Source: an uncultured virus (IMG/VR IMGVR_UViG_3300043449_002525) (taxonomy: Duplodnaviria > Heunggongvirae > Uroviricota > Caudoviricetes). Taken from it: a DNA stretch of 60,561 bases. Each line of letters begins with the position of its first letter. The first letter of the stretch is position 1. The stretch lies in IMG/VR virus record IMGVR_UViG_3300043449_002525, one strand, 5' to 3'. Positions 1-7,629 of the stretch are shown piece by piece. Below the pieces are notes generated by a model. That model was not told where the DNA came from. It saw only the letters and a list, made by a program, of their open reading frames with translations, and did not search any database. Made by a program: the position numbers and the translations under genes.

Positions 1-1
1 T

Positions 2-793
2 GACATCGACTGGGTGAAGTCGGTCGACATCCAGGCAGCAGCTCAGCGATGGATCGACCACAGCATCAGCAAGACCTGCAACCTTCCAAACTCTGCAACT
101 CGTGAGACAGTCAACGACGTCTACATGCGTGCATGGAAGGAGGGATGCAAGGGCTTTACAGTCTATCGTGATGGCTGCCGCACTGGTGTCCTCATCTCCA
201 CAGAGGAGAAGAAAGAGGCACCCAAGACAGCAGCAGACTTCCACCCAAAGCGCCCAAAGGAGCTCCCCTGCGACATTCACCGCGTCAACATCAAGGACGA
301 GAGCGGTAAGTCACAATCTTGGATGGTCCTCGTGGGTCTCAACGACGGTGTCCCATATGAAGTCTTCAGCGGCCTTGCTGACCACATCGAGGTCCCCAAG
401 AAGACCAAGAGTGGCGTCCTCATCCGTAACGGCAAGAAGGACGGTGTCGCTACCTACAACCTTCGTGTTCCAGTCGGTAATGACGACGAGATCCTCTTTA
501 AGGACGTGGTGAACCTGTTCGCCAACCCGACACAGGGTGCCTTCACGAGGACGATCTCTCTGGCACTCCGGCACGGCATTCCAGTCAACTTCGTGGTGGA
601 TCAGCTCCAGAAGGATAAGGAGTCAGACATGTTCACTTTCTCTCGTTGTGTCGCCCGTGTCCTCAAGGGCTACATCCCAGACGGTACAAAGTCCACGTCA
701 GAGAAGAAGTGCAAGGAGTGCGGTAGCGACCAGGTATTCTATATGGAAGGTTGCCTAACATGCAGCAGCTGCGGTGCCTCTAAGTGCTCTTGA
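2..793 (+). CDS. nrdJ: Ribonucleotide reductase, class II (B12-dependent) type, C-terminal part (5'-truncated by window)
   Basis: QRWIDHSISKTCNLP and KGFTVYRDGCR RNR motifs, followed by a TSCPD-like domain and a C-terminal Zn ribbon (CKECG...EGCLTCSSCGASKC). Confidence 0.9.
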   Translation, partial: DIDWVKSVDIQAAAQRWIDHSISKTCNLPNSATRETVNDVYMRAWKEGCKGFTVYRDGCRTGVLISTEEKKEAPKTAADFHPKRPKELPCDIHRVNIKDESGKSQSWMVLVGLNDGVPYEVFSGLADHIEVPKKTKSGVLIRNGKKDGVATYNLRVPVGNDDEILFKDVVNLFANPTQGAFTRTISLALRHGIPVNFVVDQLQKDKESDMFTFSRCVARVLKGYIPDGTKSTSEKKCKECGSDQVFYMEGCLTCSSCGASKCS

Positions 794-810
794 TCTAAGA
801 AGAGCGCATT

Positions 811-840
811 GAAAGGCTGCCTTCGGGCAGCCTTTCTTGT
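811..840 (+). terminator. Intrinsic terminator after RNR
   Basis: GAAAGGCTGCC-TTCG-GGCAGCCTTTC, a perfect 11-bp stem with UUCG loop, followed by TTGT. Confidence 0.85.
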
Positions 841-865
841 AAACAAACAATACGGGAGTTAAGAT
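837..865 (+). promoter_or_regulatory. Sigma70-type promoter, leaderless transcript for clpP
   Basis: TTGTAA-17bp-TAAGAT; ATG lies 6 nt after the -10; no SD. Confidence 0.65.
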
Positions 866-871
866 AACTAC

Positions 872-1474
872 ATGAACATCATCACACGCGTATCCCCCCT
901 CGTTAAGGAGTGCGAACTTCGCGCTCCGCCCATCATCATCCGCGTCAACAAGTTTGATGAGGATGCTGCCAAAGAGTTTAACCAGCACATGTCAATTGCC
1001 CAGTCATCTGGGCAGAGTGTTATTCCTGTCGTGATTGACAGTTACGGTGGTGAGGTATACTCACTCATGACTATGATCGACGCGATCAAGTCGTCACGTA
1101 TCCCAGTCGCAACCATCGTCGAGGGCAAGGCAATGTCCTGTGGTGCAGTCCTGCTCACTTGCGGTGCGCCCGGCATGCGCTATGCATCGCCCAATGCTAC
1201 CATCATGATCCACGAGGTTGCAAGCGGCAATCGTGGTAAGGTCGAGGAGATCAAGGCCGACGCTAAGGAGACAGATCGTCTCAACGAGAAGATCCTCAAG
1301 ATCATGGCACAGAACATCGGCAAGGATGAGGATTACTTCCTCGACGAGATCCACACCAAGAAGCACGCTGACTGGTACCTCGAGCCAGAAGAAGCAAAAG
1401 AGATCGGCCTTGTTAACCATGTCAAAGTACCAGAGATGATGTTAACAGTGGATGTGAAGTACAAGTTTGAGTAG
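872..1474 (+). CDS. clpP: ClpP-like protease proteolytic subunit
   Basis: IDSYGGEV, catalytic Ser in AMSCG, His in IMIHE, Asp in DWYL. Confidence 0.9.
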   Translation: MNIITRVSPLVKECELRAPPIIIRVNKFDEDAAKEFNQHMSIAQSSGQSVIPVVIDSYGGEVYSLMTMIDAIKSSRIPVATIVEGKAMSCGAVLLTCGAPGMRYASPNATIMIHEVASGNRGKVEEIKADAKETDRLNEKILKIMAQNIGKDEDYFLDEIHTKKHADWYLEPEEAKEIGLVNHVKVPEMMLTVDVKYKFE

Positions 1475-1826
1475 AAGAGCTGAGATCTTTATAAAGGTTA
1501 TTGCGTGGCGGATTATATCTGTCACGCTTAGCTTCTTTGTCATCTATCATTTTACAGGTAGCGTGGCGACAACGACCCACGCACTTGCAATCGGAACAAG
1601 CATAGGAATAGTGTCCCAGTGGCTATTTGAGATGACGTGGGACACGTTTATACGGAGCAGATTGAGACATGCCCTTTCAGGACAACAAGGTAGAATTGAT
1701 CGGTTACTACGGTGGAGACGAGGCACACGCGATGTCAGCGTGGACGAGCACGAGCCGAGATCTGACGGAAGAGAAGCGTGGAAGGATCCCAACGCTCCTG
1801 AAAATGCTGGCCGAGAATGGACATGA
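1467..1826 (+). CDS. Small membrane protein, DUF2061-like
   Basis: KVIAWRIIS...TGS...WLFEMTW with two hydrophobic helices; TTG start; 3' end overlaps thyX. Confidence 0.55.
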   Translation: MSRRAEIFIKVIAWRIISVTLSFFVIYHFTGSVATTTHALAIGTSIGIVSQWLFEMTWDTFIRSRLRHALSGQQGRIDRLLRWRRGTRDVSVDEHEPRSDGREAWKDPNAPENAGREWT

Positions 1827-2337
1827 GACACCCTTCGAGAAGTCAAGCCTGCACTTCCTGGTCACAGTCGATGCTGCAACTCACATCCATCTCCTGAAGC
1901 ATCGGATCGGCGTCTCGATCAACGGCGAGTCAGCGCGGTACAAGGAACTTCGAGATGACAAGTATTACCTCCCGAAGGATTGGTCACTCGAAGAGCAGGC
2001 GAAGTACATCGCCTTCATGGAGGATGCACTCATGCGCTACCACGATGCCCTTGAACGCTTCGTCGAGGACGGAATGAGCCGCAAGCGTGCCAAGGAGTCT
2101 GCTCGCTTCTACCTTCCCTACGGCAACCAGATCACGATGGACATCATGTTCAACTGGCGTTCATTTCACCACTTCCTCGAGCTTCGAATGAAGCCCGATG
2201 CCCAGCGTGAGGTTCGTGATCTCTCTGAGAGGATGCTCCAGCTTGTCCTTGACATTCCTGGCAACCCGTTCAAGCACACACTAGAAGCGTTTGGTTATGT
2301 TGTAAAATCTAAAGAAATATTCTACCATAGTTTGTGA
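1669..2337 (+). CDS. thyX: Flavin-dependent thymidylate synthase ThyX
   Basis: GHETPFE, KHRIGVSINGESARY, ARFYLP, NWRSFHHFLELR..AQREVR. Confidence 0.92.
   Translation: MPFQDNKVELIGYYGGDEAHAMSAWTSTSRDLTEEKRGRIPTLLKMLAENGHETPFEKSSLHFLVTVDAATHIHLLKHRIGVSINGESARYKELRDDKYYLPKDWSLEEQAKYIAFMEDALMRYHDALERFVEDGMSRKRAKESARFYLPYGNQITMDIMFNWRSFHHFLELRMKPDAQREVRDLSERMLQLVLDIPGNPFKHTLEAFGYVVKSKEIFYHSL
2300..2328 (+). promoter_or_regulatory. Sigma70-type promoter, leaderless
   Basis: TTGTAA-17bp-TACCAT; GTG start 5 nt downstream. Confidence 0.6.
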
Positions 2338-2765
2338 ACGCACCTAAGTCACCCTACAACCTGATCCAAGAGACAGTGCAGTACGATCCATGGCGTGTCC
2401 TGGTCGTCTGCATTTTCTGTAATCTAACGAAGAGAGTTGTCGCAGAGCCCTACATGTGGCAGTTCTTTGATCGATGGCCCACAGCAGAGGCAGCATCCCA
2501 TGCAGATCCTGCTGAGATCCGTGACATGATCGCTATTCTTGGGCTTGCAGATCGCAGAAGCAAGACGCTGGTCAAGCTGTCGCAGGCGTACGTGCGGTGG
2601 GACGGGGTTGATGTAAGATCTCTACCAGGCGTGGGTGAGTATGCTGCTGCGGCTTACGACATCTTCTGCCTGCACCGATGGGCACAGATCCCAGAGCCCA
2701 AGGACGGCGCGTTGAAGAACTACTGGAAGTGGATTAACGGAAAGGAGGAAAGTCAAGTTGCCTGA
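2334..2765 (+). CDS. HhH-GPD DNA glycosylase, MBD4-like
   Basis: SPYNLIQE..DPWRVLV, HhH motif LPGVGEY, YDIFC, PKDGALKNY; closely parallels the MBD4 catalytic domain. Confidence 0.85.
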   Translation: MNAPKSPYNLIQETVQYDPWRVLVVCIFCNLTKRVVAEPYMWQFFDRWPTAEAASHADPAEIRDMIAILGLADRRSKTLVKLSQAYVRWDGVDVRSLPGVGEYAAAAYDIFCLHRWAQIPEPKDGALKNYWKWINGKEESQVA

Positions 2766-3567
2766 AGGACCAGAAGTCAAGATCGTATCTGAGTCGCTTG
2801 GCCGTGCTCTGCAAGGTCGGTCAATCGTCGGTATCAACTATTTGGGTGGCCGCTACGCGAAGCATGGGCCTCCTGAGGGACACGCAGAAATTTCATCTGT
2901 GCTACCCCAGAATGTGTCTGTCACATCTTGTAAGGGCAAGTTTATATACCTAACACTCCAGAATAATTGGGTAATCTGGAACACACTGGGTATGACGGGT
3001 GGCTGGTCAAAGACGCAGCACAAGCACAGTCGGGCACAGTTTCTACTCGACGATGGGACATCTGTCTTCTTCAACGATCCACGCAACTTCGGCACGCTGA
3101 AGTACGTCCACGGGCTTGATGCGCTTCAAGAGAAGTTGGATGAGCTTGGGCCCGACATGCTGGCAGAGGATGTTTCGGACGACTTGTTCATCAGGCGGAT
3201 GCGGAAGAAGAACGGGCGTGTGATCACAGAGAACCTGATGGATCAGAAGGTGATCTGCGGTGTGGGTAACTACCTCAAATCTGAGAGCCTCTACTTCGCA
3301 GGCATCTCCCCTATGCGCCACGTCAACACCATGACAGATGAAGAACTGGCGCGGCTCAACCAGACGATCAAGGCAGTCATCCGTGCATCCTACCAGACAG
3401 GCGGCGCGACGATCTACACGTTCCAGGGCTTCGACGGTGAGAAAGGACAATACAGTCGTCGCTTCGCTGTTTATAATCAAGACAAGGATCCTAAAGGGTG
3501 GGATGTGAAATCCTTCACCTCACCCGAGGGCCGCACAACATTCTGGGTTCCAGAGGAGCAAACATGA
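2758..3567 (+). CDS. Fpg/Nei family DNA glycosylase/AP lyase (no Zn-finger cysteines)
   Basis: N-terminal PEGPEV, KGKF, LGMTG, DPRNFG, H2TH motif LMDQKVICGVGNYLKSESL. Confidence 0.92.
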   Translation: MPEGPEVKIVSESLGRALQGRSIVGINYLGGRYAKHGPPEGHAEISSVLPQNVSVTSCKGKFIYLTLQNNWVIWNTLGMTGGWSKTQHKHSRAQFLLDDGTSVFFNDPRNFGTLKYVHGLDALQEKLDELGPDMLAEDVSDDLFIRRMRKKNGRVITENLMDQKVICGVGNYLKSESLYFAGISPMRHVNTMTDEELARLNQTIKAVIRASYQTGGATIYTFQGFDGEKGQYSRRFAVYNQDKDPKGWDVKSFTSPEGRTTFWVPEEQT

Positions 3568-3791
3568 GTTACAGGCTATCAGATGAGACAATTGGGCAGA
3601 TCGCTAAGCTTCTACAGGTCGCGATCATCACGGGCACTGACATCGTTGACAACCTGCGCACAATCCGCCTGCGTGTAGGTGACGGTGAGCAGCTTGAGCC
3701 CACTGCAGATTACCTCGAGAACTTCGAGCGCAATCTCAACAGGATGATCGAGTCACTCGCAGAGCAGACGAACACTAACCAGAGTGAGTGA
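3564..3791 (+). CDS. Hypothetical protein (MSYRLSDETIGQ...)
   Basis: SD GAGGAG before ATG 3564; ATGA coupling to the upstream gene. Confidence 0.75.
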   Translation: MSYRLSDETIGQIAKLLQVAIITGTDIVDNLRTIRLRVGDGEQLEPTADYLENFERNLNRMIESLAEQTNTNQSE

Positions 3792-4168
3792 CAATGGATA
3801 AGCTCGACCAGATGTTCCAGATGCGTAAGGAGTTCATGGCAGCGCTGTCTGCTCATGTCCCTAATGCATACCCACAGCAACCGATCGATCTCAGCAGCAA
3901 GCAGTCGCAGCAGCACTTCAGAGATCTTGCTCTCCGAGGTGTTGAGGAGATCTTCGAGGCACTTCAGCACCTGAAGAACACGAAGCCGCATCGTGTGACT
4001 GACATCACAGATCCAGTCGATGTTGAGGCGTTCAAGGAAGAGATGGTCGATGCTTTCAACTTCTTCTTCACACTTCTAATCCTGATGGACGTCGAAGCTG
4101 ATGACCTCTACGAGGTGTTCAAGAAGAAGGATCAGATCATTCACGACCGCATCAAGAACAGGTACTAA
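3788..4168 (+). CDS. All-alpha NTP pyrophosphatase (dimeric dUTPase/MazG-like)
   Basis: EEIFEAL...KEEMVDAFNFF acidic metal-binding motifs; K..IIHDRIKNRY C-terminus. Confidence 0.75.
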   Translation: MTMDKLDQMFQMRKEFMAALSAHVPNAYPQQPIDLSSKQSQQHFRDLALRGVEEIFEALQHLKNTKPHRVTDITDPVDVEAFKEEMVDAFNFFFTLLILMDVEADDLYEVFKKKDQIIHDRIKNRY

Positions 4169-5118
4169 TGGACATCAAGAAGATACTGCAGCGTCAGAAG
4201 GAGTTCTCTGATCTCTTCTATGACTCGTCTCAGTTTGACGACGACAAGCGTGAGGAGATGACAAAGTCATTTGCACTGGCACTCCACGCTGAAGTGGCTG
4301 ACCTCGTCAGCTCGATCAACTTCAAGGATCACCACGCAAATCGACGGACACCGGATCGGGAGAAGATCCTGTACGAGTCAATTGATGTGATGCGGTACCT
4401 CCTAGCGATCATGAATGTGTGGGGGTATGAAGCTGATGAAGTTGAGACAGCTTTCAACGACAAGGACACCTTCCTGCACATGCGTCATCGAGTCGAAAAC
4501 GCAAAGTGGGATGGTCGTCCTGTACTAATTGTCGATGTCGATGACGTCATTGCACACTTCAGGAAGGATTACTTTGAGTGGCTTCGAGACAGTCATGACA
4601 TTGACATTCCTCTTGATTATCCTGAGTACTACGCGTCCTCTCCCTTGAAGGAACGCGGGATCAATCCAGAGGCGTCGTTCAAGGATTTCATCAGTGAGCG
4701 CAGGCTCCGTAAGATTGATCCGATCGAAGGCGTCCGTGCTGTGCTAAAAGCAGCCCAAGACATGGGTTTTTGGGTTCAGTTGCTGACTGCAAGGCCCGAT
4801 CAGAACTTGATCTGCCTCTACGACACATACCACTGGATCTCAGAGATGCGGGTTCCCTTCGACGGCCTTGCCTTCAGCGGCGAGAAGTACAGGTGGATCG
4901 TGCAGAGCCAGTTCTACGGTCACGTCGCAGCGTGCATCGACGACTCACCAAAGCACGCTGCAGAGTACGCAAATCACGGTTTGCTTGTACTCTCACCTGC
5001 GCTGTCTTATAATGCATCATTGGCTGGCACTTCTGGTGTCATTCGATACGAAGATCCCGATCAACTACTTGCACATTTAAATCAAATTCACGAGGAAATC
5101 AATGCCACAAGACACTAA
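4168..5118 (+). CDS. Fusion: all-alpha NTP pyrophosphatase-like domain + HAD 5'(3')-deoxyribonucleotidase-like domain
   Basis: N-terminal HAEVADL...YESIDVMRY; C-terminal HAD motifs VDVDDVI, LTARP, IDDSP. Confidence 0.75.
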   Translation: MDIKKILQRQKEFSDLFYDSSQFDDDKREEMTKSFALALHAEVADLVSSINFKDHHANRRTPDREKILYESIDVMRYLLAIMNVWGYEADEVETAFNDKDTFLHMRHRVENAKWDGRPVLIVDVDDVIAHFRKDYFEWLRDSHDIDIPLDYPEYYASSPLKERGINPEASFKDFISERRLRKIDPIEGVRAVLKAAQDMGFWVQLLTARPDQNLICLYDTYHWISEMRVPFDGLAFSGEKYRWIVQSQFYGHVAACIDDSPKHAAEYANHGLLVLSPALSYNASLAGTSGVIRYEDPDQLLAHLNQIHEEINATRH

Positions 5119-6052
5119 TCTCAAGCCTATTACCCTTCCTATGGCAATTCGTTTCGGCGAAGAGCCAACTACAGAGTTCGTCAATAGCCTCGATGCACTC
5201 AAGCTCGAGCTGGTCGATGCACCAGATCCTTACACCATTCGACAGGCTGTCTACTGCTTTGTCAAGTCGACCTGGGCTGACCAGCACGTTCCATTCCGCG
5301 ATGCGACTGATGCTGAGCTCTCGAAGACACTTGAGGATGTCTTCGCAGGTCGAGCTCTTCCGGCAGCAATGGAGCTGATCGGCCTCACCTTCCTCGTGGG
5401 TGGCATTGACACGCAGACGGTAACGCATCTCATCCGCCACCGTGCTGGATCCTTCGCCGCACAGTGCACCGGCGACCGCTGGCTCTCACACGAGCGCAGC
5501 CTTGTTCCTGGTTCCATCCAGAACAGCCCGGAGTTCTATGCCCGCTGGCAGGATCACGTCCAGGAGGCGAAGCAACTCTACACTGACATGGTCGACTCCA
5601 AGAAGATCAGCCTCATGGATGCACGTCACGTCCTTCCTAAGTGCCTCGAGACGTTCTACTACATGCGCATGAACATCCGCGATGCTTTCATGTTCATCAA
5701 GCAGCGCCAGGACAAGCAGATCCAGCCTGAGGAGGACAATATCCTCGCTGCTCTCATGGCCCGCGAGATCATCAAGATCTTCCCCGAGGCACACGTGGCG
5801 ATCAACCTCCGCGAGCCTGCTTGGCACTACATCAAGACGTTCCGGAATGGCACTGGTACCAACCTCTACTGGCCCGATGAGGATAGCGAGAAGCACCTCA
5901 CCTACCACCCGAACGACACGATCTATCAGGCAACTCGTGATGAGATGAATGGAACATCAGGTGGTGTTCCACACTTCCGCAAGGTTTGGAACGAGATCCT
6001 GTCAGAGATTGATATGCTCGTCACCAACTACAAGAACACGCGGGGCATTTAA
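5102..6052 (+). CDS. Divergent ThyX-like flavoprotein (second paralogue)
   Basis: HLIRHRAGSFAAQC (RHR-x7-C instead of RHR-x7-S), DARHVLP, NIRDAFMFIKQR. Confidence 0.75.
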   Translation: MPQDTNLKPITLPMAIRFGEEPTTEFVNSLDALKLELVDAPDPYTIRQAVYCFVKSTWADQHVPFRDATDAELSKTLEDVFAGRALPAAMELIGLTFLVGGIDTQTVTHLIRHRAGSFAAQCTGDRWLSHERSLVPGSIQNSPEFYARWQDHVQEAKQLYTDMVDSKKISLMDARHVLPKCLETFYYMRMNIRDAFMFIKQRQDKQIQPEEDNILAALMAREIIKIFPEAHVAINLREPAWHYIKTFRNGTGTNLYWPDEDSEKHLTYHPNDTIYQATRDEMNGTSGGVPHFRKVWNEILSEIDMLVTNYKNTRGI

Positions 6053-6093
6053 TACTTAGTTGGGCACTTTATATTAAAGAGAAGAGCCCAACT
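6051..6093 (+). promoter_or_regulatory. Late-type motif AATACTTA plus hairpin over the translation initiation region
   Basis: AATACTTA at 6051-6058; AGTTGGGC...GCCCAACT inverted repeat ending 2 nt before ATG 6096. Confidence 0.45.
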
Positions 6094-6095
6094 GA

Positions 6096-7181
6096 ATGTC
6101 TGCAGTTAGAGTAGTAGATGAACACCTCCTGGCCCCGGTACTTGTGTATTCGGGATCAGGAGGTGTTTTTGATAATGAGCTCCAGTTTGATACACAAGGC
6201 GGTATCTTAAGAGAGCAGATCGGCAGCTTGCTCGTCGTCAAGAACGACTTCGGCGTGGTTGCCGCACTAACAGGATCGGTCTTTACCGGTCCTGTCTCTT
6301 TTTTGTCTGGTGCAACAGGGTCAATCCAGACACTTCCCGATGGTTCGCCCTTCATTAGAGGCACCGACGGGATCAATGTTACGTCCGGGTCAGACGGTAG
6401 CATCACGATCGCAACGTCAGGATCCTTTCTAACACTTGACACACTGACATCAGCGTCATCTGTTACGTTCAACGGTGACGTGTACATTGAGGGGACACTT
6501 TACGGTGGGTCGCCTCTTGACATTGCAAGTGACATAAACGCGCTGGGTTCAGTTACAGCGCTTAGTGGCCTAACAGGGTCGCTAACACAGCTGGCAGACG
6601 GTTCTCCCTACCTCGTCGCTGGTGATGGGATCTCGATCGTAACGGGATCGTTAGGGCAGATAACGATCTCTGCGACAGGTGCAGGTGGCGGTGACAGATC
6701 ACAGAGCACTTCCCTAATCACAGAGCTTATCCTCAATGAAGCTCCTGTCGGTGCAATCGACGGAACAAATGCAACTTTCACGCTAGCTCACGCACCAACT
6801 TCTGCGTCATCTGTCATGCTGTGGCTGAACGGCCAGTTGCTCACGCAGGGTGTAAGCAATGACTTCACTGTCGCATCCCAGACGCTGACAATGAGCTTCC
6901 CACCTCAATCGGGCGACATCCTGCTGACGATGTACACAAAGTCATCACAGACGAAGCTCTTCGCGATGAACGAAGCTGCTACAAAGGTGGTCGCGGCGGG
7001 TGTCATCGGGTTTGAGCTGGCTAACACACCGTCCCCGTCAAGCTCCCTAATGCTCTTCTTGAACGGTCAACTGCTCACGCAGGGCAGTGACTACACACTG
7101 TCGACAAGAAGTGTGACAGTCACAAACGGCTTCATTCAAGACAGCGACGTGGTTCTTGCGACCTACTCTTATTTGAGCTGA
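6096..7181 (+). CDS. Virion structural protein (tail/fibre-like, TGS-rich, internally duplicated)
   Basis: Repeated TGS..L.DGSP segments and two C-terminal repeats NE...LA..P....MLxLNGQLLTQG..D(F/Y)T. Confidence 0.65.
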   Translation: MSAVRVVDEHLLAPVLVYSGSGGVFDNELQFDTQGGILREQIGSLLVVKNDFGVVAALTGSVFTGPVSFLSGATGSIQTLPDGSPFIRGTDGINVTSGSDGSITIATSGSFLTLDTLTSASSVTFNGDVYIEGTLYGGSPLDIASDINALGSVTALSGLTGSLTQLADGSPYLVAGDGISIVTGSLGQITISATGAGGGDRSQSTSLITELILNEAPVGAIDGTNATFTLAHAPTSASSVMLWLNGQLLTQGVSNDFTVASQTLTMSFPPQSGDILLTMYTKSSQTKLFAMNEAATKVVAAGVIGFELANTPSPSSSLMLFLNGQLLTQGSDYTLSTRSVTVTNGFIQDSDVVLATYSYLS

Positions 7182-7238
7182 GTACTTGTCAAGAGACAAG
7201 CTTCGTGATATTTAGCTTTGTAGTTTACGAGGCAGGAA

Positions 7239-7457
7239 GTGACGTACACAACATCAGAGCTGGCACTAGCTGCGTATCTAAAGATGCGTGGCGTGAGGTT
7301 GATCAGCGCGGGCAAGACACCCACAGGGAAATTTGAGTTCGTGTTCGACGATAAGACAGGGGTATGCTCAGGACACTTCGTTGACTTCCTCAACGGTGAG
7401 TTCAGCACATACGACTCGAACCTCAAGTCGTTGAAGAAAATGATCTACTCAAAGTGA
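7239..7457 (+). CDS. Small phage protein, DUF5659-like
   Basis: TTSELALAAYLKMRG...FEFVF pattern; SD GCAGGA; GATATTTA motif at 7207. Confidence 0.55.
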   Translation: MTYTTSELALAAYLKMRGVRLISAGKTPTGKFEFVFDDKTGVCSGHFVDFLNGEFSTYDSNLKSLKKMIYSK

Positions 7458-7496
7458 TTTTTTATTGAATGTTTTAGAATGTAAAGCATATATACA

Positions 7497-7605
7497 GACA
7501 GGCGCGTAACGCAGTTTTTGGTGATCAGAATAATCACCAGTTCAGTTTAAACAGTTAGCTGTTAGAGTTTGATCCCGTAAGTGGTGTTCACGTGCGGGAT
7601 TTTTT
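7497..7605 (+). promoter_or_regulatory. Structured 5' leader or small RNA ending in a terminator-like hairpin
   Basis: Hairpins TGGTGAT/ATCACCA (7519-7539), AACAG/CTGTT (7550-7563) and ATCCCGTA/TGCGGGAT (7572-7600) followed by a T-run. Confidence 0.45.
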
Positions 7606-7629
7606 CTTGAAGATAAAGGATAAAACATC

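Noticed and set aside
7458..7629. tRNA gene in the long intergenic region
   Set aside because: No acceptor-stem pairing or TTCRA T-loop in a cloverleaf arrangement could be found.
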